Assembly: GCA_036677365.1 (NCBI GenBank)
Contig: JAVBWN010000014.1
Location: forward strand, 64,001 to 128,000
DNA: 64,000 bases
Direction: 5' to 3'
Source of the DNA: Acholeplasma sp.
GTDB taxonomy: Bacteria; Bacillota_I; Bacilli_A; Acholeplasmatales; UBA5453
Shown: one piece after another, positions 52,413-59,973 of the stretch
Layout: the number at the start of each line of letters is the position of its first letter
Numbering within the stretch: the first letter of the stretch is position 1
Translations under genes and position numbers: made by a program
Notes under the pieces: generated by a model
Databases searched by the model: none
Told to the model about the DNA's origin: nothing
The model's input: the letters and a program-made list of their open reading frames with translations, nothing else

Positions 52413-54495
52413 ACCACACGCTGAATTTATCAAAAAGGATTTTCAAGGCTTCAAAATCCACCAGTTTGTAAAAATTGAAGGCTTGAAACAACAAGGCCAT
52501 AAGAAGTTCAAATCCTCTGAATTCATTTCGCCGATTTTTGGTTTGTCTGTCAAAGATGAAACCGTTGCACCATTCATCATCAGAAATACAGGCGATGTTA
52601 AGAAACGCTATGACGCTTTTAGAACCAAGCCAATGACGGATTTATCTGAGTATGCGGAATTCAAATCCACCATTTTGAGCAATCAAGACCGTAAGAACAT
52701 ATTTGGTCAAGATGCGGTCATCAATACCGAACGTAAATATGAAGATGCCAGAAAGAAAACAGTCGAACTTGAAGTCCCATTCATTCAAAAAACCAAAGAG
52801 GTGCCTACATTTACAAATCCAACACCACAACGACCGGTGGTTGAAGAACGTGTGGTATCCAGTGATTTTGAATACATCGATACGAAACCACAACCTCAAA
52901 CGGTGGATGTGGTTAAAAAGACGGATATTCTATTTGATCGTTTCAACCAAAAACCTGCCGATAGCCCTTTAGTTAATCCGGATTATAACTATGAAAAACC
53001 GGCCAAAACCCCTGAAAAGATAGAAAAACCAACACAAACATTCAAAGAAGAACCGGCTAAACCAAGCTTTGTTCGTCCCAACCGTCCATACAAATTCCCA
53101 ACCGTGGACATGTTTTCTAAGGTACACCGCGACCAAGATGCGAGACCCGCTTGGTTGGTGGCACAAGAAACCACCGTCAATGAAACGTTGTTACAATTTT
53201 CAGTGCCAGGTCATGTCCATAACATCACCAAAGGACCGACAGTAACCCGCCATGAAATCGAACTAGAACCAGGCGTCAATGTCAAAGAAGTGAACCGTAT
53301 TAAAGATAACCTCATGATGAACTTAGCAGCCAAATCATTGCGTATCGAAGCACCTATTCCAGGCAAAGCGTATGTGGGTTTGGAAATTCCAAACGCAGTG
53401 CCTGAAATTGTAGCTTATGGTAATGTGGTCGACCACCCAGATTTCATGGGTGATACTACTCACCCATTGAAAGTGGCTTTAGGTGTCGATATTGATGGTA
53501 AAAACATTTATGCCGATATCGCAAAAATGCCGCACTGCTTAATCGCTGGTGCAACCAACTCTGGTAAGTCGGTGTGCGTCAATACCATCATCGTTTCATT
53601 ATTGATGAAAAACCACCCAGACGATTTGAAATTCATTTTAATCGACCCGAAAATGGTCGAATTATCCATGTATAATGATTTACCACACTTGGTAACCCCT
53701 GTCATCACAGACCCGAAAATGGCAGCAACCGCACTCTCGTGGGCAGTCGAAGAAATGGACAAACGCTTCATGACTTTCGCAACCAACCGAGCGAAAGACA
53801 TCAAAGGTTACAATGAACGCGTCAAAGAAGACCCTACCCTAGAAAAAATGCCTTATATCGTCATTGTGATTGATGAATTGGCCGATTTGATGATGGTTTC
53901 TGCAAACGACGTTGAAGAAGCCATCCAACGCATCACTCAAAAAGCACGTGCTGCAGGGATCCATTTATTGGTTGCGACACAAAGACCAACGACCGATGTC
54001 GTCAAAGGAACCATTAAAGCCAACATCCCATCAAGAATCGCTTTTAGAGTGGCTTCCTATGTCGACTCTACAACCATCTTAGACGGCGCTGGCGCTGAAT
54101 CCTTGTTGGGCAAAGGTGATATGTTATTTAAGGAAACCGAACGCCCAATCCGTTTACAAGGGGCTTTCCTCAAAGATTCAGAAATTGAAAGTATCACAGA
54201 CTTTATCCGTGAACAAATGGCACCAAACTTCTTGTTTGACCATGATTCATTGAGAACTTTCACCATCAAGAAAGATTCAGCGGCTTCGGATGATTTGATG
54301 TATCCAGTCGCACAATTTGTCGTCAGAGAAAACAACGCTTCAATCAATGCCATTCAAAAAGAGTTTGGCATTGGTTTTAACCGTGCCCAACGCATTGTAG
54401 AACTTTTAGAAGAACAAGGCATTGTCTCTAAAAATGAAGGCACCAAAGCACGTCAAGTCTTAGTCACGATGGCAGAATTGGAAAATATGTTATGA
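52393..54495 (+). CDS. ftsK: Soluble FtsK/SpoIIIE-family DNA translocase (SftA-like)
   Basis: GPTVTR, RIEAPIPGK, PHCLIAGATNSGKS, IDELADLMM, ATQRP, gamma domain IGFNRAQRI; start 52393 after AGGAGG. Confidence 0.93.
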   Translation: MSLFNRKPHAEFIKKDFQGFKIHQFVKIEGLKQQGHKKFKSSEFISPIFGLSVKDETVAPFIIRNTGDVKKRYDAFRTKPMTDLSEYAEFKSTILSNQDRKNIFGQDAVINTERKYEDARKKTVELEVPFIQKTKEVPTFTNPTPQRPVVEERVVSSDFEYIDTKPQPQTVDVVKKTDILFDRFNQKPADSPLVNPDYNYEKPAKTPEKIEKPTQTFKEEPAKPSFVRPNRPYKFPTVDMFSKVHRDQDARPAWLVAQETTVNETLLQFSVPGHVHNITKGPTVTRHEIELEPGVNVKEVNRIKDNLMMNLAAKSLRIEAPIPGKAYVGLEIPNAVPEIVAYGNVVDHPDFMGDTTHPLKVALGVDIDGKNIYADIAKMPHCLIAGATNSGKSVCVNTIIVSLLMKNHPDDLKFILIDPKMVELSMYNDLPHLVTPVITDPKMAATALSWAVEEMDKRFMTFATNRAKDIKGYNERVKEDPTLEKMPYIVIVIDELADLMMVSANDVEEAIQRITQKARAAGIHLLVATQRPTTDVVKGTIKANIPSRIAFRVASYVDSTTILDGAGAESLLGKGDMLFKETERPIRLQGAFLKDSEIESITDFIREQMAPNFLFDHDSLRTFTIKKDSAASDDLMYPVAQFVVRENNASINAIQKEFGIGFNRAQRIVELLEEQGIVSKNEGTKARQVLVTMAELENML

Positions 54496-55301
54496 CCTTA
54501 AAAGAAATAAGCACATTGGCGGCTTCTGGGGAATCCTCAGTGGAAGCCACCCAAGATTTAAACCGAAAAATGATTATAAAATTAGCGACACTCAATGTCG
54601 TCGCTTTGCTTGTTTTTGGTGTCTCACTGCTGTATGCCTTAAAAGCATATCCCACATTCACAGGCGAACTTCAAAAAATCTTACTGATTATATTCAGTGG
54701 GTTTTTTGTTTTGATTTCTGCTTTAGGTTTATATATGCTCAATCGACCATGGATGATTTCACTAACGAAGCATTTAACTTTGTTCAAATGGGTGGATACG
54801 ATTCAGTTTTTGACCATCAGTTTATTGATTGTCATGCACATCATCACATTTTATGTGTTTACGGCCGAAGTTTTCCAAAGTTCGATGCAACCCACATTAC
54901 AACAACATGACCGTTTGATTGTATATCAATTCGATTACACCCCGAAACGAAATGATATTGTTGTGATATTTATGGACAGCGACTTTTATGAAAATGCCGA
55001 TGATTCGCATTATGTCAAACGTGTGGTTGGTTTGCCTGGTGATACCATTGAAGTGAATTTGATGAATCAATTGTTGATCAATGGCATCGTGGTTCAAAAC
55101 TTACCCCCTGCCAATGTAGAAGATGTGAGAGATTTGATTGAATTCTTACCAGATGGTAAAATCATGTCAGGGTTTTACTTTGTCTTGGGTGACAATGTTC
55201 AAAATTCGCACGACTCAAGAAACATTGGATTCATCCGTGAACAAGACATCAAAGCCAAAGTCATCTTTAGATTTTACCCGAAAGTAGGCATGATTGAATG
55301 A
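54492..55301 (+). CDS. lepB: Signal peptidase I
   Basis: SSMQPTL, YVKRVVGLPGD, LGDNVQNSHDSR; 3 N-terminal TM. Confidence 0.93.
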   Translation: MTLKEISTLAASGESSVEATQDLNRKMIIKLATLNVVALLVFGVSLLYALKAYPTFTGELQKILLIIFSGFFVLISALGLYMLNRPWMISLTKHLTLFKWVDTIQFLTISLLIVMHIITFYVFTAEVFQSSMQPTLQQHDRLIVYQFDYTPKRNDIVVIFMDSDFYENADDSHYVKRVVGLPGDTIEVNLMNQLLINGIVVQNLPPANVEDVRDLIEFLPDGKIMSGFYFVLGDNVQNSHDSRNIGFIREQDIKAKVIFRFYPKVGMIE

Positions 55302-56149
55302 AACAAGTCCAATGGTTCCCAGGACATATGTCCAAAGCTTTAAGAGAAATTAAAGAGTCTTTAAAACTCGTGGACATTGTCTTCGTTTTATTGGATTCGC
55401 GTTTACCCGAATCTTCAATGAACCCGAGAATTCAAGAAATCATTGAAAAAAAACCGGCATTACTGCTGTATACCAAATCCAGCATGGCCGATCAAAAAGA
55501 ACTCAATAAATGGTTATCACATTATGCCAGTCAAGGCTTAAAAGGGTTGAAAATTGACGCCATTACGGGCTTAAATATCAACAAAATCAAAGAAGCAACG
55601 TTGGAAGTTTTAGAAGAAAAAATCGCGAAAGACCAGCGTCGTGGAATTTTACCGAGGGCCATTCGAACGATGATCATCGGTATTCCAAACGTGGGTAAGT
55701 CGACACTGATCAATACATTATCGAAGAAGAAAGCAGCCAAAACGGGCAATACGCCTGGTATCACCAAGGCACAACAATGGATCAAAATTTCTGAAGACTT
55801 TGAGCTTCTCGATACCCCAGGGGTATTATGGCCGAAATTTGATGACCCTAAGGTGGGGTATCATTTAGCCCTCAGTGGCGCGATTAAAGATGCCATTTTA
55901 CCCAATGAAGAAATCGCTGTTTATGCCCACCGTTTTTTAAGTCAATATTACCCCGAAGCGTATAAAGCACGCTATGAATTGACAGATTTATCCGACATCG
56001 CTCAAACTTTTGAACACATCGGTAGAAAACGTGGCACCTTAATGAAAGGCAACATCGTCAACTACGATTTGGTATATGATATTATCTTAAAAGATCTTCG
56101 CGATGGTGCATTTGGAGGGATTACCTTTGACCGATTTGAATCTGTATGA
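55298..56149 (+). CDS. rbgA: Ribosome biogenesis GTPase RbgA/YlqF
   Basis: QWFPGHM, GIPNVGKSTLIN, LLDTPG. Confidence 0.96.
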   Translation: MKQVQWFPGHMSKALREIKESLKLVDIVFVLLDSRLPESSMNPRIQEIIEKKPALLLYTKSSMADQKELNKWLSHYASQGLKGLKIDAITGLNINKIKEATLEVLEEKIAKDQRRGILPRAIRTMIIGIPNVGKSTLINTLSKKKAAKTGNTPGITKAQQWIKISEDFELLDTPGVLWPKFDDPKVGYHLALSGAIKDAILPNEEIAVYAHRFLSQYYPEAYKARYELTDLSDIAQTFEHIGRKRGTLMKGNIVNYDLVYDIILKDLRDGAFGGITFDRFESV

Positions 56150-56756
56150 ATTTGAAGATGCCTTATATGCAAAAGGCATTACTTATATTGCGGGTACGGA
56201 TGAAGCTGGTCGGGGACCGCTTGCCGGACCGGTGGTGGCTGCAGCCGTCATATTAAGAAAAGGGGCTGTGATTGAAGGGGTCGATGATTCTAAAAAACTC
56301 ACCGATAAAAAACGCCGTGGTCTCATTGACACCATCAAAAAAGAAGCATTGGCTGTGGGCATTGGCATTGTGTCCCCACAAGAGATCGATCAAATCAATA
56401 TTTATCGTGCAGCCAAACAAGCGATGATTTCAGCCATCAAAGCGCTAAAAATCAAACCCGAATACATCCTCGCCGATGCCATGATGTTGGAAGATGAACT
56501 CGGGATTCCCACCGAATCGATCATCAAAGGTGATCAAAAATCCGCAAGTATCGCAGCCGCGAGTATTGTTGCGAAAGTCACACGAGATGAATATATGATT
56601 GAAATGGATAAACTATTCCCGATGTATGGGTTTAAAAAGCATATGGGTTACCCAACCAAAACCCACATCGAAGCCATTGAAAAGTATGGCATTTGTCCAA
56701 TCCATCGAAAAACATTTGAACCAATCAAGTCAATTATTAGGGAGAAATTATTATGA
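56127..56756 (+). CDS. rnhB: Ribonuclease HII
   Basis: GTDEAGRGPLAGPV, DDSKKL, KGD, IAAASIVAKVTRD; TTG start 56127 after GGAGG. Confidence 0.96.
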   Translation: MTDLNLYEFEDALYAKGITYIAGTDEAGRGPLAGPVVAAAVILRKGAVIEGVDDSKKLTDKKRRGLIDTIKKEALAVGIGIVSPQEIDQINIYRAAKQAMISAIKALKIKPEYILADAMMLEDELGIPTESIIKGDQKSASIAAASIVAKVTRDEYMIEMDKLFPMYGFKKHMGYPTKTHIEAIEKYGICPIHRKTFEPIKSIIREKLL

Positions 56757-57811
56757 AGTGGCCGAGAATACTCAAACGATTTTTCATCATTCTATTGTTT
56801 ATATTTGGATTTTTGGTGCTTTTTGAAGCGAGTCCAAAAGCATTATCTTATCCAAATGATAACCCATGGATCAACCATGAACTCCGCCCTTGGATCATTC
56901 CACATGGGGGTGCGAAAGCTTTATATCCAGAAAATACCATCTATGCTTTCAAACAAACTGCCTTTTATGACGCATTTGAAGTGGATTTAACCTTGACCAA
57001 AGACGATATTTTAATTTCTCACCACGATTTGGATTTAAGACACGATTTATTAACCGATGTGTTAACGGACGATTTAATCATTCGAAACCTCACCTATGCA
57101 GAAATCGTCAATTTGATCAAATTCAATGATTACCCTTACGTCAGACAATTCACCGACATCCACGGGAATAAACCGTATGCTCAAATCAATGACCCATTCA
57201 TCATGAATCAAATGCTGCCGATGAAACTTGAAGATTTATTTACATCCTATCCGAATCGAAGATACATCCTTGAAATCAAAGATGTGAGAACCGATGAAGA
57301 AGATACCTTCACCATCGCAGCACATAAATTGGTGGAACTGATTGAAATGTATCACATGCATGACCAAGTGATGGTATCGTCATTCTCAGATGAGGTCATC
57401 GAACATTTCCTTGAAATATCCCATCACTCCATCCATGCTTCAACAGCAACCAGTGAGACGTTGAATATGGTGTTGTTATCTGCATTCAACTTAGATTTTT
57501 TCTATAGACCCGCTTACGCAGCTTTAGCGATTCCGATCGATTCTGGTTTATCGGATAGTCAAGGCAAACTCATTGGTAGCTTACCAGGTTTTATCAGTCG
57601 AAGAATTGCCCATCAAGTGAATGGACAATGGCGTACCAATTTAGCACAAACATCACTTGTAGAAGATGCCCATAGACACAACATGTCGGTCATATTTTGG
57701 ACCGTGAATGACGTTGATGATATGCGAAAACTGATTGAACTCGGTGTAGATGGGATCATCACAGACCGTCCAGATTTATTGTTCGCACTTTACGAAGAAT
57801 TGGGATTATGA
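56753..57811 (+). CDS. Membrane-anchored glycerophosphodiester phosphodiesterase
   Basis: HGG..PENT..AF, EVDLTLTKD..HD, EIK, WTVND, GVDGIITDRP. Confidence 0.9.
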   Translation: MKWPRILKRFFIILLFIFGFLVLFEASPKALSYPNDNPWINHELRPWIIPHGGAKALYPENTIYAFKQTAFYDAFEVDLTLTKDDILISHHDLDLRHDLLTDVLTDDLIIRNLTYAEIVNLIKFNDYPYVRQFTDIHGNKPYAQINDPFIMNQMLPMKLEDLFTSYPNRRYILEIKDVRTDEEDTFTIAAHKLVELIEMYHMHDQVMVSSFSDEVIEHFLEISHHSIHASTATSETLNMVLLSAFNLDFFYRPAYAALAIPIDSGLSDSQGKLIGSLPGFISRRIAHQVNGQWRTNLAQTSLVEDAHRHNMSVIFWTVNDVDDMRKLIELGVDGIITDRPDLLFALYEELGL

Positions 57812-57829
57812 AATAAAATAGCCATAAAC

Positions 57830-57863
57830 ATGTGAGAATATGAACAATTCTCACATTTTTTTT
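57830..57863 (+). terminator. Terminator after GDPD gene
   Basis: ATGTGAGAAT-ATGAACA-ATTCTCACAT followed by a T run. Confidence 0.85.
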
Positions 57864-57964
57864 GAATATCAACCGTTTTTTTGGGTTGGATTACCAATTC
57901 ATAACCGCTATAAATAACGATTATGTTAAAATGAAATTATAGATAATAAATCGAAGGTGAATTT

Positions 57965-59968
57965 ATGAGTATCCAAACAACCACTGAATTTATAAAACTA
58001 CATCAAATTGGTCCAATCAAAGTCGATGAAAACTTGTTGTTCAATGGCTACTTGTATTATTCAGATAAATCGAGTACGTTGATTGACTTGCCAACCTCGG
58101 AATGGATGGTTGCTTATAAAGAACGCATCGAACTCATTACACCGATAGATCAAATTCAAAATTTAATTATTGCTTACCCTAATTTTTCATTGATTGCTTC
58201 ATTAAAAGCACTCATTACGATGGGCTTCAAAGGGGCCATCATATCGACCCGCGGGATTGCCAAACAAATCGTTCAAAACAACATTAAACTCCCCGTGACG
58301 ACCATTGAAAAATTAGAATACAAGCTTTATGCACAAGACTTTAAACTGAATTTTTTACCGATTCAGTTTTTACCATTTACGAGTGCATTCATGATTTATG
58401 AATCGGAAACCCGTTCATTGATATCAAATTCACTATTCTCCAGTTTTAAAGTCGATAATCCAAATGAAACGGTTCAACTCAAACAAGGCATTTTTGCCTA
58501 CCACAAAACCAATTTACCATCCTCAGAATACCTAAAGGACCCCATTAGAAGACTGCGTCAACATCGCATTGATGCTATTTGTCCTGTTTATGGTTATGTG
58601 CTAGAAAACGATGTCGATGGCTGGATTGAATATGAATACCAATTGGATTTTTATAATGCAGGTCAAGTGTTTAAATACAATGAAGAATTCATCAAAGAAT
58701 TTAACTATGTCGAAATCATCAACCATATGATCAACCATTTGCATAAATCCTTAGATGCCAAAGATATATTAGAAACGTTTTCGAAATCCGAATTCATATT
58801 GAGTGAACGACCGCTCGAATTGGTCAATTCCACCCATGTGGGCTATAAGTTATGGCACGCCTTTTTCGAATACCTATACGCGAAAAAAGGGACGGTATGG
58901 TTGACCATTCTCGAACCGCTCATCAAACGCTACCACAACATTTTTGGGTTAGATTTACCGGCCATCTATGTTTCAAAAATGATGGAAGTGACCAAAGAAA
59001 ATGAGCTCTTAGAACAAGATAAAAAAGCGTTGGAACAAAACCTTCAAAAATTGGAAGCACAAATTGAAGAGACCAAAGAAGCGCTATTGAAATGTCCAAT
59101 CACCAAATTATACACCGAAGAAGTCCTACGTGCTTTACTGAAAAAAGATTTGGAATCGTCTGAATTTTTTGAGAAAAACAATGGTTTTATATTGATTCAA
59201 TTAGACCAACTCTATGACATCAACAAACGCTATGGTAAAGATACTGGGGATGAAGCCATCCGTAATTTAGCTTATGTGATTGGACAAATCGCACCAGATG
59301 AAGTCAAACTATTCAAACAAAATGGGCCAGGCATCTTGATGTATGCGTCGTGTGAGAAGAAAGAAAATATCACCAATTTGGCTGTTCAGGTTAGAAACGC
59401 TGTAAGAGATTCGGTACTATTCATTGAAAAAGTGACGGCCAGTGCTTCTTTAGTCTACTATGAAGAATTGAATCCAGTGCTCACCAGAGACAATAAAATC
59501 AAAGAAATTTTCACATTGCTAGAACAACGCATCCGTTTAGCAAAACAATTGGGTTACGGTGAAATTATTGATAACAGTGCCGCTTTGCCTGCACTTAAAG
59601 AAGGCATTATCCTGCTCGTCGATGAAGATGACATGAACCGAAATATGTTGGTTCGTGTGTTTAATCGTTTGAACTTTGACGTCAAAGCTGTGACTTCAGT
59701 TGAAGATGCTTTAGCTACCCTAAGAGAATATCCGATTGATATCATCATCTCTGAAATTAATTTATCTAAGATGGATGGGTTCTCGCTCAAACGCGAACTC
59801 AATGAGTCTAAAACATTTTCTAACATCCCGTTCATCATGGTATCTCACAATAAGACCGTTGAAAACATCCGTCGTGGCAATTTACTCAATGTCGATTTGA
59901 TCATTGAAAAACCAATCATCCCTGAGGAATTGATTGGCCATGTCAAGCGCTATCGAGAAAGAAGGTAA
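57965..59968 (+). CDS. Multidomain signalling protein: degenerate MBL/di-iron-like domain, coiled coil, degenerate GGDEF, atypical receiver
   Basis: TLID, FMIYESETRSLIS, ICPVYG (MBL/FDP-like); CPITKLY, INKRYGKDTGDEAI, KQNGPG; ILLVDED, ISEINL..MDG, IPFIMVS, KP. Confidence 0.75.
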   Translation: MSIQTTTEFIKLHQIGPIKVDENLLFNGYLYYSDKSSTLIDLPTSEWMVAYKERIELITPIDQIQNLIIAYPNFSLIASLKALITMGFKGAIISTRGIAKQIVQNNIKLPVTTIEKLEYKLYAQDFKLNFLPIQFLPFTSAFMIYESETRSLISNSLFSSFKVDNPNETVQLKQGIFAYHKTNLPSSEYLKDPIRRLRQHRIDAICPVYGYVLENDVDGWIEYEYQLDFYNAGQVFKYNEEFIKEFNYVEIINHMINHLHKSLDAKDILETFSKSEFILSERPLELVNSTHVGYKLWHAFFEYLYAKKGTVWLTILEPLIKRYHNIFGLDLPAIYVSKMMEVTKENELLEQDKKALEQNLQKLEAQIEETKEALLKCPITKLYTEEVLRALLKKDLESSEFFEKNNGFILIQLDQLYDINKRYGKDTGDEAIRNLAYVIGQIAPDEVKLFKQNGPGILMYASCEKKENITNLAVQVRNAVRDSVLFIEKVTASASLVYYEELNPVLTRDNKIKEIFTLLEQRIRLAKQLGYGEIIDNSAALPALKEGIILLVDEDDMNRNMLVRVFNRLNFDVKAVTSVEDALATLREYPIDIIISEINLSKMDGFSLKRELNESKTFSNIPFIMVSHNKTVENIRRGNLLNVDLIIEKPIIPEELIGHVKRYRERR

Positions 59969-59973
59969 TCCGA

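Noticed and set aside
41628..57909. ATAACCGCT occurs upstream of both prfB and the 57965 operon
   Set aside because: Different spacing to the -10 and unrelated genes; probably chance
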